From an uncultured delta proteobacterium (lineage in GTDB: Bacteria > Myxococcota > UBA727 > VGSZ01), in NCBI GenBank assembly GCA_963775425.1, contig CAVZJB010000005.1:160001-224000 (forward strand): DNA of 64,000 nucleotides, written 5' to 3'. Below the pieces are notes generated by a model, which was not told where the DNA came from, searched no databases, and worked only from the letters and a program-made list of their open reading frames with translations. The translations under genes were made by a program, and so were the position numbers. Shown here one piece after another: positions 50,734 to 64,000 of this stretch; the stretch's first letter is position 1; the number at the start of each line of letters is the position of its first letter.

Positions 50734-52551
50734 TCAGAAGACCTTCTTGCGCTTGTTGCTCGGGAGGATGCCGAGCATCTCGCGGTACTTCGCGACCGTG
50801 CGGCGGGCGATGTCGATGTTCTTGTCGGCGAGCATCTTCACGATGGCCGCGTCGGAGAGGGGGCGCTTGACGTCCTCGGCGGCGATGATGCGCTTGATCT
50901 CGTCCTTCACCGCCTCGGACGCGATGTTGGCGCCGTCGCCGGTGTTGATGCTCGAGTTGAAGAAGTACTTGAGCTCGTACACGCCGCGGGGCGTGTGCAT
51001 GTACTTCCGTGACGTCACGCGTGAGACGGTGGACTCGTGCATCTCGATGTCGTCCGCCACCTCCTTGAGGATGAGCGGCCGCAGCGGGCCGGAGCCCTCG
51101 AACCAATCGCGCTGGTGCTTGAGGATGCTCTCGACGACCCGGTAGATGGTGCGCTGGCGTTGGTGGATGGACCGGATGAGCCACGTCGCCGAGCGCATCT
51201 TGTCCTTGATGTAGCTGCGCGACGGATCGGCAGGCAGCCGCTGCCCCGCCGCCCGCTGCGCCTGCGCCTCGCGGATCTTGTCGAGGTAGAAGCGCGACAT
51301 CTTGAGCTTGGGCAGGCCGTCTTCGTTGAGCGAGATGATGAGCTCTTCGCCGAGCCGGTACACGTAGACGTCGGGCGTGATGTACTGCGAGTCCGGCATC
51401 GTACCTTGCGCGATGAAGTTGCGCGCGGGCCGGGGCTCGAGCTGCTCGACGATCTTCATCGCCTCGCCGACGTCTTCGAGCGTGCACTTGCAGTTGCGGG
51501 CGATGGCCGAGAAGTTGTGCTTCTCGGCGTCCTTCATGTGCGTGTCGACGATCTGCCACACGAGGCACTCGTCGTCGTAGCCCCAGACGTCGAGCTGCGC
51601 GAGCAGGCACTCCCGCAGGTCGCGCGCGAGCACGCCGACGGGATCCATGTGCATCACCCGCCGGCGGACGTTGTCGACCCACTCCACGGGCACGTCGAGC
51701 TCGCGGCCGACGATCTCCACCGCGTCGACGCGCTCGCCGTCGCCGGAGGGCTCGGGCCCGTCGGCGAGCAGGTCCGGCTCCGGCTCGTCCGCGCCGAGGT
51801 CGGCGAGCTCGGGCGTCGCGGGGCCGTCGGCGAGCAACGGCTCTTCCCCGTGGCCGTTGGCTGCGCCGCGACCGTCGTGGGCGACGTGCGCGCCGGCGGC
51901 GCCGCTTCGGTCCGCGCCGTTGTTGTCTGCGGTCTTGTCTGCGCCGTTGTTGCCGGCGCTGTTGTTGCCGGCGCTTTTGTTGCCGGCGCCGCTTTTGTCG
52001 GCGCCGTTTTTGTCGGACGGCTGCGGGCCCGGCTGGCGGATGGGGGCCGAGTCGAGGAAGCCGTCGTCGTTCATCTCGCCGAGGAGGCGGAGGGCGATGC
52101 TCTTTTCGAGCTCGTTCATGTCGCTCATCCGGACCTGCCAGAGGATGTGCTCCTCGAGGGTCTCGGCGCGCGTGAGCGTCTGATCGATGCCGGGGAGGTC
52201 GTCGAACTGCGTGTCGCGGCCGGAGCCCGCGGCAGGGGGGAGGTAGTTGTAGCTCTCGGCGTAGCTCTCCCAGTCGATGCTCTGCTCCGGGGGCTTTTCG
52301 CCACCGTCGCTGCCGAGGTTGACCTCGGACGCGCGCTCGTCGGACTTCTTCTCGATCGGCCCTTCGCCTTCGACACCGCCGGCGCGCGGCGCGTCCTCCG
52401 GCATCTCTTCGAGCACCGGGTTGTCGATCAGCTCCTGAGCGACGGCGTCCTTGAGCTCGAGGTGGTTGAGCGTCAACAGCTTGATCGCCATCTTGAGCTG
52501 CGGCGTCATCACCAGCGATTGCTGCAGCTTGGGGACGAGCTTGAGCTCCAT
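50734..52551 (-). CDS. rpoN: RNA polymerase sigma-54 factor
   Basis: QSLVMTPQL, DPVGVLARDLRECLLAQL, HESTVSR, ELKYFF, RpoN box ARRTVAKYRE. Confidence 0.97.
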   Translation of the reverse strand: MELKLVPKLQQSLVMTPQLKMAIKLLTLNHLELKDAVAQELIDNPVLEEMPEDAPRAGGVEGEGPIEKKSDERASEVNLGSDGGEKPPEQSIDWESYAESYNYLPPAAGSGRDTQFDDLPGIDQTLTRAETLEEHILWQVRMSDMNELEKSIALRLLGEMNDDGFLDSAPIRQPGPQPSDKNGADKSGAGNKSAGNNSAGNNGADKTADNNGADRSGAAGAHVAHDGRGAANGHGEEPLLADGPATPELADLGADEPEPDLLADGPEPSGDGERVDAVEIVGRELDVPVEWVDNVRRRVMHMDPVGVLARDLRECLLAQLDVWGYDDECLVWQIVDTHMKDAEKHNFSAIARNCKCTLEDVGEAMKIVEQLEPRPARNFIAQGTMPDSQYITPDVYVYRLGEELIISLNEDGLPKLKMSRFYLDKIREAQAQRAAGQRLPADPSRSYIKDKMRSATWLIRSIHQRQRTIYRVVESILKHQRDWFEGSGPLRPLILKEVADDIEMHESTVSRVTSRKYMHTPRGVYELKYFFNSSINTGDGANIASEAVKDEIKRIIAAEDVKRPLSDAAIVKMLADKNIDIARRTVAKYREMLGILPSNKRKKVF

Positions 52552-52580
52552 GGGGGGCAGTATAAGCAAGACCCGGCCCT

Positions 52581-52596
52581 TGGCACGACCCTCGCA
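52581..52596 (+). promoter_or_regulatory. putative sigma54 -24/-12 promoter for the ompA-like gene, divergent from rpoN
   Basis: TGGCACG-ACCC-TCGCA versus consensus TGGCACG-N4-TTGC(A/T); GG-N10-GC spacing exact. Confidence 0.65.
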
Positions 52597-52653
52597 GAGA
52601 ACCCCTGAACACCCGATGCAAATCCCGCCGATTTGCGCAATGAGTGCAACACC

Positions 52654-54297
<1,644 letters not shown>

Positions 54298-54312
54298 GCC
54301 CAACCGGGCGGC

Positions 54313-54422
54313 GCCGCTCCCTCCGGTCGCTGATCGGCGCGGCCGCTCCCTCCGGTCGCTGATCAGCGCGGCCGCTCCCTCCGGTCGCTGATCCGCGCGG
54401 CCGCTCCCTCCGGTCGCTGATC
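54313..54422 (+). repeat. 29-bp intergenic tandem repeat (4 copies)
   Basis: GCCGCTCCCTCCGGTCGCTGATC at 54313, 54342, 54371 and 54400, with (g/a/c)gcgcg linkers. Confidence 0.92.
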
Positions 54423-54460
54423 ACGTGCAGATCAGCGAAACGTCCGCTATATTGGATGCC

Positions 54461-54898
54461 ATGCACACGCATTGGCCTTGGTGGCTCGGAGCGCTTTCCC
54501 TTGCGGCGATCGCCGTGGGCTACGTCCTGTTCACGGGCCGGGGGCTGGGCGTCTCCGGGCACCTGGGGCGGGTCCTCTCAGGTGACGGACGCGCGTCCAG
54601 CGCCCTGTTCCTGGGCGGCCTGGTGCTCGGGGGCCTGGTGGCCGCCGGCGGCGTCCCCGCCGCGCACGACATCGGCGCCACGTACGTGCACTTCTTCGGC
54701 CGCGGCCTCGGCGCGCTCGCCGTCCTCGGCGGCGGGGGCGTCCTCGTCGGCTTCGGCACCGCGCTCGCCGGCGGCTGCACCTCCGGCCACGGCCTCGTCG
54801 GCTGCGCGCGCTTGCAGCCGGGCTCCCTCGTCGCCACGGCGTGCTTCTTCGGCACCGCCGTCGCGGTCTCGTTCCTCCTGCAGGCGGTGCTGCCATGA
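54461..54898 (+). CDS. YeeE/YedE sulfur-compound transporter subunit
   Basis: GRGLGVSG, GFGTALAGGCTSGHG motif. Confidence 0.9.
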   Translation: MHTHWPWWLGALSLAAIAVGYVLFTGRGLGVSGHLGRVLSGDGRASSALFLGGLVLGGLVAAGGVPAAHDIGATYVHFFGRGLGALAVLGGGGVLVGFGTALAGGCTSGHGLVGCARLQPGSLVATACFFGTAVAVSFLLQAVLP

Positions 54899-55335
54899 CA
54901 CCTGTCGCCCGGCCTCTGCCCACCGGCGCCGCGCGCCTCGCCGCCGTCGGCGTCCTCGGCGTGCTCCTCGGCTTCTCGCTGTCGCGCATCGGCTTCACCG
55001 ACTACGACGAGCTGCACCGGATGTTCGTCTTCGCGGACCTGCGGATGTTCTTCGTCTTCGCCGGCGGCGTCGTCGCCACCGGCCTCGGCCTCGTCGCTCT
55101 TCGCCGCCACCGCGATCTCGGGCGGCGCGCGGTGAGCAAGCGCGTCGTCGTAGGCGGCGTGCTCTTCGGCCTCGGCTGGGCCGTCGCCGGCGCGTGCCCC
55201 GGCGTCGCGTTCGCGCAGATCGGCGAGGGCAAGCTCTTCGCCGTCGTCACCGTCGCCGGCATGTTCGCCGGCGCCGCGCTCGCCCGCCGCGTCCTCAAGC
55301 GCCGCGCGCTCGCCCAGGCCGGCGACGCCTGTTGA
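54895..55335 (+). CDS. YeeE/YedE partner subunit
   Basis: GGVLFGLGWAVAGACPG motif; ATGA overlap with the upstream gene. Confidence 0.88.
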   Translation: MTPVARPLPTGAARLAAVGVLGVLLGFSLSRIGFTDYDELHRMFVFADLRMFFVFAGGVVATGLGLVALRRHRDLGRRAVSKRVVVGGVLFGLGWAVAGACPGVAFAQIGEGKLFAVVTVAGMFAGAALARRVLKRRALAQAGDAC

Positions 55336-55366
55336 CCCTCGCCGGGGCGGGCGGGATGACGACGTC

Positions 55367-55660
55367 ATGGCGGCGATGCAGCTCCTCGTGCGCGGGGATG
55401 TGCAGAGGGTCGGCTACCGCGCGTGGTGTCGGCGCACCGCGCGGGAGCTCGGCCTGAGCGGCTTCGTGCGCAACCTCGACGACGGCCGCGTCGAGGTCTT
55501 CGCGGAAGGCGACCCGGGCGCCCTCGACGCCCTCGCCGGCGCCTGCCGGACGGGCCCGCCCCACGCCCGCGTCGACGACGTCGCGCGCGCGCCGCGCGAG
55601 CCCCGCGGGCTGTCGGGCTTCCTGCACGCCGACGACGCGGCGGCGCCCGACGCGCGGTGA
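55367..55660 (+). CDS. acyP: acylphosphatase
   Basis: GDVQRVGYR, GFVRNLDDGRVEV, GPPHARV. Confidence 0.88.
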   Translation: MAAMQLLVRGDVQRVGYRAWCRRTARELGLSGFVRNLDDGRVEVFAEGDPGALDALAGACRTGPPHARVDDVARAPREPRGLSGFLHADDAAAPDAR

Positions 55661-55810
55661 GCGCACATCTCCGGCGTCGCTTGGCAGCCACGGGGTGACG
55701 CGGGACGCACCGCCTCCTCCCGTCGGCCGATACCCAGGGGGACAACCCCACCCACACCTGGGGCGAGATCATCCCTTTGCATGGGCAATTTCGGCAGGCA
55801 GGATCACGGC

Positions 55811-58594
55811 ATGCGCTCTCTTCCCACCCCCTCGCGCCAGGCCCTCGCGGGCGTCGCCCTCATGGCCGCGCTCGGGGCTCCCACGGCCCGGGCGCAGGCG
55901 TTCTCGGGCGTGCCGCTCGCGCCGGTCGTCCAGGCGCGCGGCCCGTTCAAACACGTCGTCGTCGGCGCGTCGGTGGTCAAGCCGGACGCCACCGTCGCCG
56001 CGTCGGCGGGCGGCGTCGTCGACATCGCCGACGGCTCACTGCCCGCGCTCGGCGCCCTGTTCTGGTGGGGCTCCACCGCCGACGGGCAGCCCGATCGCCA
56101 GGTGAGCTTCCGCCTCCCCGACGGCACCTCGCTGTCGCTCAACGCGGCCGACCCCACGCCCAACGATCCCGGCGGCTCCGCGCAGAACCCCGCGGACCCC
56201 AACGGCCTCACCGCCGACAGCGATGATCCCTGCTTCACCATCGACAGCGCCGGCGACGGCACCGGCTTCCAGTACTTCCAGTGCGCCCTCGACATCACCG
56301 ACGCGCTCGCGGCGCAGGCGACGCTCGACGGCGAGTACGTGATCTCGGGTCTGTCGCCCAACGTCGGCGCGCCGCACTTCACGGCCAACGATCAGTGCGG
56401 CACCGGCACGCAGGCCTGCAGCGTCTACGCGGGCGCGTTCGCGCTCGCCATCCTCTACGTCGATCCCGCCGACCCGTCGCCGCGGGTGGTGCAGCTCGCC
56501 AACGGCCTCGTGTTCACCCAGCAGCTCGGCAACAACGCCTCCATCGCGCTGCCGCCGTTCGAGATGTCCAACAACGGCGGCGAGGCCACCATCGTCGCGC
56601 TCGAGGGGGACGTCGAGTTCCCCGGCGCCGGCGCCTGCAACGCCAACGCGGACCCCAAGGACCTCGTGGACGTCCTCGACGGCAACGGGCTGCCCGTCTG
56701 CGATATCTTCGCCTTCTGCGACAACACGCGGGACCCGGCCTGCGTGCAGAGCGGCACCTGCGGCCAGGCCGGGCGCGGCACGTGCGCCAGTGACATCAGC
56801 AGCTGCAGCTCACCAAGAGCGACATCCGCGACCACGCTCGCCAACGCAGCCAACCCACCGGGCAACATGTTCAACGAGACCGTCTCGACCGAGCTCGGCA
56901 ACGAGGTCAGCGGCGTCGACGCCAACGAGCGCAACAGCCTCGACATCGACACGTTCGCGCTGCGCGGCCAGGACACCTGCAACAGCACCGTCGGCTGCGT
57001 GAACAACGGCGTGCACGACAACTTCGTGATGGGCATCCAGTCCGGCGGCGACGCCGTGCTGCTCGGCCTCGTCGTCGTCGACATCGAAGACTTCGACCGC
57101 GACGGCGACGGCCTGTCCAACATCGACGAGGAGGACGTGTTCGGCACCGACCCGGACAACCCCGACACCGACGGCGACGGCATCAAGGACGGCGCCGAGG
57201 TGCTCGGCGGAAACCCGGCCGATCCGCTCTCCAACCCCACCGACCCGCTCGATCCCGACAGCGACGGTGACGGCCTCTGCGACGGCTCCGGCAACGGCGT
57301 CGCCTGCACCGACGCGAACGGCGACGGCATCTGCGACGGCGCGTTCGCGGTCCACGTGCGCACCTGCGTCGGCGGCGAGGACCTCAACAACGACGGCCTG
57401 CTCCAGCCCGGCGAGACCAATCCGGCGAAGGCCGACACCGACGGCGACGGCCTGAGCGACGGCGTCGAGGTGCTCACCGGCAACTACCCCGGCTGCGACA
57501 CCGGCGCCTGCGTCGACGCCGACGACGGCCGCGCCGGCTTCCAGACCGATCCGCTCAACCCGGACACCGACGGCGACGGCCTGCAGGACGGCGCCGAGGA
57601 CCTCAACCACGACGGCGTGTTCAACCCCGGCGACCGCGAGACCAATCCGACGAACCCCGACACCGACTTCGGCGGCGAGAGCGACGGCTCCGAGCGGCAG
57701 AACGGCAGAAACCCCGTCGACAACCCCGCCGACGACTTCGGCCTCGACGGCGACGACGACGGCGACGGCCTGAGCAACGGCGACGAGGCCACCATCGGCA
57801 CCGACCCCGAGGACCCCGACACCGACGGCGACGGCCTCGGCGACGGCGTCGAGGTCAACGGCGTCAACCAGACCAATCCGCTGAACCCGGACACCGACGG
57901 CGACGGCCTGTGCGACGGCGACGGCACCGACCTCGACAGCGGCGACCCCGCGGTGGGCTGCAGCGGCGGCGAGGACGTGAACCTCGACGGCATCACCGAG
58001 GGCGACGAGACCAACCCGCTCGTCCCCGACACCGACGGCGACGGCCTGCTCGACGGCGCGGAGGACGCCAACCAGAACGGCACGGTCGACCCGGGCGAGA
58101 CCAATCCGCGAAACCCCGACAGCGACGGCGACGGCCTGTGCGACGGCACGGTGATCGTCGGCGACTGCATCGACGGCGAGGGGACCATCGGCACCGACCC
58201 CACCAATCCCGACACCGACGGCGACGGCATCAGCGACGGCGTCGAGGTGGGATCCAACTACCCCGGCTCCGTCGACGCCGATCCCACGCGCGACGGCTCG
58301 CAGACCGATCCGTTGAACCCCGACTCAGACGGCGACGGCATCAACGACGGCGCCGAGGACTTCAACCACGACGGCCACAAAAACGGCGGCGAGACCGATC
58401 CGACGGATCCGAACAACGGCAACATCGACGGTGACGACGGCGAGCAGGTGAACGCCCCGCCGCCCGAGGTCGAGAAGTTCATCGCCGGCTCGGCGATCTG
58501 GGCCTGCTCCTCGACCGGCCCCGAGGCCCCCGCCGTCATGGCGCTCCTCGCGCTCGGCCTGCTCTTGAGGCGCCGCCGCAAACGCTCGACGTAG
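55811..58594 (+). CDS. cell-surface protein: N-terminal beta domain, many DxDGDG Ca-binding repeats, MYXO-CTERM-like tail
   Basis: Signal (TARAQA); T(D/N)P..PD(T/S)DGDG repeats; C-terminal WACSST...[15 protein letters not shown]. Confidence 0.88.
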   Translation: MRSLPTPSRQALAGVALMAALGAPTARAQAFSGVPLAPVVQARGPFKHVVVGASVVKPDATVAASAGGVVDIADGSLPALGALFWWGSTADGQPDRQVSFRLPDGTSLSLNAADPTPNDPGGSAQNPADPNGLTADSDDPCFTIDSAGDGTGFQYFQCALDITDALAAQATLDGEYVISGLSPNVGAPHFTANDQCGTGTQACSVYAGAFALAILYVDPADPSPRVVQLANGLVFTQQLGNNASIALPPFEMSNNGGEATIVALEGDVEFPGAGACNANADPKDLVDVLDGNGLPVCDIFAFCDNTRDPACVQSGTCGQAGRGTCASDISSCSSPRATSATTLANAANPPGNMFNETVSTELGNEVSGVDANERNSLDIDTFALRGQDTCNSTVGCVNNGVHDNFVMGIQSGGDAVLLGLVVVDIEDFDRDGDGLSNIDEEDVFGTDPDNPDTDGDGIKDGAEVLGGNPADPLSNPTDPLDPDSDGDGLCDGSGNGVACTDANGDGICDGAFAVHVRTCVGGEDLNNDGLLQPGETNPAKADTDGDGLSDGVEVLTGNYPGCDTGACVDADDGRAGFQTDPLNPDTDGDGLQDGAEDLNHDGVFNPGDRETNPTNPDTDFGGESDGSERQNGRNPVDNPADDFGLDGDDDGDGLSNGDEATIGTDPEDPDTDGDGLGDGVEVNGVNQTNPLNPDTDGDGLCDGDGTDLDSGDPAVGCSGGEDVNLDGITEGDETNPLVPDTDGDGLLDGAEDANQNGTVDPGETNPRNPDSDGDGLCDGTVIVGDCIDGEGTIGTDPTNPDTDGDGISDGVEVGSNYPGSVDADPTRDGSQTDPLNPDSDGDGINDGAEDFNHDGHKNGGETDPTDPNNGNIDGDDGEQVNAPPPEVEKFIAGSAIWACSSTGPEAPAVMALLALGLLLRRRRKRST

Positions 58595-58691
58595 GGCGGG
58601 CCCTCGTGGCCCGCGTCGTCGCGGAGGTGCGTGCGTGTCGCACCGGCGACGGGCGCATGGACGAAGGGCGGAGATCGGCGAAAATCAGTCC

Positions 58692-60988
<2,297 letters not shown>

Positions 60989-60992
<4 letters not shown>

Positions 60993-62473
60993 GCGCGCGC
61001 GCTCGCGCGGCAGCCGTCGTTCCCCGGCTGCGCGACGGGCGCGTGCTCGTCGGCGCCCGCACGCGTCACGCGCGGAGCTGGCCGGGGACCACCGCGTTTC
61101 CCGGCGGCGCGTGCGAGGACGCCGACGACGCGCTGCCGCTCGCGTCCGGCGCGCCGGACCGGGTGCGGGCGTGCGCCCTGCGGGAGCTCGGCGAGGAGGT
61201 CGGGCTCTGGCTCCTGTGCCGGCGCGCGCCCGACGGCGGCGCGCCCCACGGCGGCGGCGCGGGGCACGGCGAGGCCGTGGAGGAGCTGGCGCGCGGGGCG
61301 CCGCTCCCGGAGGTGCTCGCGCGGCACGGCTTGGTGCTCGACGACCGCCGGCTCGTGCCGCTCCTGCTGTGGAAGACCTGGGACGGGCGCTTCGCCGTGC
61401 AGCAGTACCTGTTGCCGCTCGACGAGGAGCCCGCGCGCGGCGGCGTCGCCCTCGAGGAGCTCACGGAGGTCCGCTGGGTGTCGGCGCGCGACCTGCGCCG
61501 CGGGTGGCGCGAAGGGGAGGTCTTCCTCATCGCGCCCATCCGTCGGGTGGTGGTCGGCCTCGCGCGCGCCGACGACGAGGCTGGCGGCGCCGCCGGCGTC
61601 GACGACGTCGTGCGCGAGATCGGCAGCGAGCCCAACGCGCACGAGCGCGCGCGCGACGACCTCGTCGAAGGCGTGTGCGTGATCCCGGCGAAGTCGCCGA
61701 CGCTGCCGCCGGCGACGCATACGAACGCCGTGCTCCTCGGCGCCGGTGACGCGCTGCTCGTGGACCCGGCGACGCCGTGGCCGGAGGAGCAGGAGCGCTT
61801 CGACCGACGGCTGCAGGCGTGCCTCGGCAACCATCGCCTGCACGCCGTGGTCTGCACGCACCATCACCACGACCACGTCGGCGACGTCGCCCGCGTGGCC
61901 GAGCGCTTCGGCGTCCCCGTGTGGGCGCACAAAGAGACGCAGGCGCGCGTGGACTTCCGCGTCGACCGCCTCCTCGACGACGGCGAGGTGCTCGTGTGCC
62001 CGGGCGTCCCCGAGCGGCGCTTCAGGGTGGTCTTCACGCCGGGCCACGCGCCTGGCCACGTCTGCCTCTTCGAGGAGCACACGCGGCTGCTCGTCGCCGG
62101 CGACATGGTCGCGGGCGTCGGCTCCATCCTCATCGATCCCCCCGAGGGACACATGGCGACGTACCTCGCGTCGCTCGAGCGGCTGCGCGACCTGCACCCG
62201 CGCGCCCTGGTGCCGAGCCACGGCCCGTTGCTCGTCGACGGCACCGCGCGCCTGGAGGAGCAGCTCGCCCATCGAAGCCGGAGGCAGCACGCCGTCGAGG
62301 CCCACGTACGCGCGGGCGGCGCGTCCGTGCACGAGATCGTCCAGGCGGTGTACGGCGCGGACACGCCGCCCGGCATGTTGGCCTTCGCCGAGCGCTCGGT
62401 GCTCGCCGCGCTCGAATACGCCGCCGAGCGAGGCGTCGCCCGCGAGCACGAGGGCCGCTGGACGCCGGTCTGA
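60989..62473 (+). CDS. NUDIX + metallo-beta-lactamase (LACTB2-like) fusion protein
   Basis: AFPGG...CALRELGEEVG Nudix box; PTLPPATHTN, THHHHDHVG, TPGHAPGH, GDMV, PSHG; ATGA overlap. Confidence 0.88.
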
Positions 62474-62494
62474 CGTTCCGCGGCGGGTGCCCCG

Positions 62495-62929
62495 TCAACC
62501 GCCTTGCAGGACGAAGCAGCCCGCAGCGAGCAGCGCCAGGAGGCAGGCGAACAGCGGGACCGACGCCGGGTTCGCGCGCAAGACGCGGGTGCCCAAGGCG
62601 CGCGGCTTCTCGGCCGCGTGCAGCGGCGGCGCCGCCCGCGGCGCGCCCCGGCGCAGCACGAGCTCGAGGACATACGAGGCAATCCCTTCGCTCTCGAGCG
62701 CCTCGGCCACCTCCCGCGCGCACCGGGCCGAGGCGCCGTGCAGGCCCGCCGCCGCGAGGTAGTTGAACAGCGGCGTGAGGTTCACCGCCCCGCTGTCGTC
62801 CGGCTGGACGAGCTGCTCGAGCAGGATCCTGCGCGCGACGCCGACGTCCACGGCCTCGCTCCACGCCGAACGGCAGAGCGCGTGCATCAGCGTCGCATCC
62901 ACCCGCGGCGGAAGAGATGCGTTGTCCAT
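62495..62929 (-). CDS. hypothetical protein with C-terminal TM segment
   Basis: ATG 62929 after AGGGGG; hydrophobic C-terminus; GC3-rich. Confidence 0.55.
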   Translation of the reverse strand: MDNASLPPRVDATLMHALCRSAWSEAVDVGVARRILLEQLVQPDDSGAVNLTPLFNYLAAAGLHGASARCAREVAEALESEGIASYVLELVLRRGAPRAAPPLHAAEKPRALGTRVLRANPASVPLFACLLALLAAGCFVLQGG

Positions 62930-63175
62930 GAAGTTCCCCCTGGGCCTTGTGAACCACGCCGCGTGCCAGGCGTCACACCGCCACGGGGGCCTGGGGTGGA
63001 AGGAGCGCAGCCGCGGGACGGGTGAACGGGGGCAACACACGCAGCGACCGCGTGTCGCCCTGCACCGTCAAGATGTGATCGGGGAACGGGGCCACAACGT
63101 GGGCATGAGAATCTGCTCACTCACTCGTTCGTTGAACACGTGAGTGTGAGACGAGTGACGAAGAGGAAGAAGCCC

Positions 63176-63304
63176 ATGCAGGATGCCACCGCCCTCGAGG
63201 ACCTCGACAACGCCGCTTTGCTGCAGCTGTTCGCGGTCGCGCTCTCCAAGCTGCAGCGGCGCCGCCATCGCCCGAAGAAGCAGGGGCCGCTGCACAGGGT
63301 GTGA
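63176..63304 (+). CDS. putative 42-aa small protein
   Basis: MQDATALEDLDNAALLQLFAVALSKLQRRRHRPKKQGPLHRV; AGAGGA upstream; GC3-rich codons; below the ORF-track size cut-off. Confidence 0.45.
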   Translation: MQDATALEDLDNAALLQLFAVALSKLQRRRHRPKKQGPLHRV

Positions 63305-63352
63305 ACGGCGCGGCGTCCGCGTCGCGCACGCTGATGCATCGAGGCAGCAGGC

Positions 63353-64000
63353 TCAGGGTTTCCAGACGCGCAGCTTGTCGACGAGCGCGAGCAGGTGGGG
63401 GATCAGCTTTCCGGCTTTTTCAGCGTCGTAGCGGAGCGCCTCTTCGTCCATGTAGAGGTCGCGGTTCAGCTCCAATTGGATGGCGTGGATGCCCCGGGCC
63501 GGACGGCCGTGGCTGCGGGTGATGAAGCCGCCCATGTAGGGGTCGTTGGGGCGCACAGCGTAGCCGGCCGTCTCGAAGTGCTCGGCGACGAGCCGCGAGA
63601 TGGGCGGCGCGCAGGACGTGCCGCGGACGTCGCCGGGGACGATATCGGCGCGGCGCGCGCCCGGGTCCGCGTGGCCGGGGCGCCCCGTGGACGGCATGGA
63701 GTGGCAGTCGAGCAGCACCGCGTAGCCGAACCGGGCGCGCCGCTCCTCGAGCAGGCGGGCCAGCGACGCGTGATACGGCGTGTGCACGCGGGCGATGCGC
63801 GACTCCAGCTCCGCCTTGTGAAGCGGCCGCTTGAGCACGGCGGCGCCGTCGGTGGTCATGCGCCACACCAGCCCGCGGGCGCTCATGCCCCGCGGCGACG
63901 CCGCGCGGGCGCTGGCGACGTCGGGGCACACCTCGCGGTCGATGTCGTCGGGGGCGCGGTTCACGTCGACGACGTAGCGCGACACCAGCGCGCGCAGGAG
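63353..64000 (-). CDS. hutG: N-formylglutamate amidohydrolase (5'-truncated)
   Basis: SRYVVDVNR, PYH, LDCHSMPS, NDPYMGGFIT, IQLELNRDLYMDE. Confidence 0.9.
   Translation of the reverse strand, partial: LLRALVSRYVVDVNRAPDDIDREVCPDVASARAASPRGMSARGLVWRMTTDGAAVLKRPLHKAELESRIARVHTPYHASLARLLEERRARFGYAVLLDCHSMPSTGRPGHADPGARRADIVPGDVRGTSCAPPISRLVAEHFETAGYAVRPNDPYMGGFITRSHGRPARGIHAIQLELNRDLYMDEEALRYDAEKAGKLIPHLLALVDKLRVWKP

Noticed and set aside
51730-52050. Intein in RpoN
   Set aside because: Low-complexity repeat insert without recognisable splicing motifs or an endonuclease domain
54313-54422. Possible CRISPR array
   Set aside because: Period is 29 bp with 6-bp near-identical linkers; no unique spacers and no cas genes
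63068-63431. ORF-track calls 63068..63295, 63117..63329, 63121..63339, 63183..63431
   Set aside because: Poor codon bias and no motifs; the short + strand ORF 63176..63304 fits better

Overview
Gene-dense, very GC-rich bacterial chromosomal DNA. MYXO-CTERM-like tails, multiple Hanks-type kinases, a TSP3-repeat OmpA protein and GE-repeat lipoproteins point to a Myxococcota-like or deltaproteobacterial organism (inference). The backbone is the rpoN / PTS(Ntr) region: rpoN, then hpf-ptsN-hprK, then rapZ-ptsH-ptsI, all on the minus strand in the usual order but split into three blocks by intervening genes. The intervening and flanking DNA holds several modules: (i) a translationally coupled operon of a ~1130-aa HEAT-repeat/PilT-ATPase fusion, a second PilT with an altered His box and a Ser/Thr kinase, with no pilus genes in the window and a divergent HEAT protein (best candidate for an undescribed system); (ii) a MarR-pentapeptide-repeat fusion heading an ABC / two FtsX-type permeases / LolA-like / beta-barrel operon; (iii) a di-heme (DHOR-like) protein with an unknown secreted partner, divergent from a STAS-like + AhpD-like pair; (iv) a TraB-like OmpA and two tandem Ca-binding-repeat MYXO-CTERM surface proteins. 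Other signals: a sigma54 promoter divergent from rpoN, a probable CTG start for ptsI, recurrent TANNNT boxes directly before start codons (leaderless mRNAs), a 29-bp intergenic repeat at two loci, and several probable single-base indel errors. No rRNA, tRNA, CRISPR array or transposase was recognised. All family calls come from motif recognition by eye; no database searches were run.
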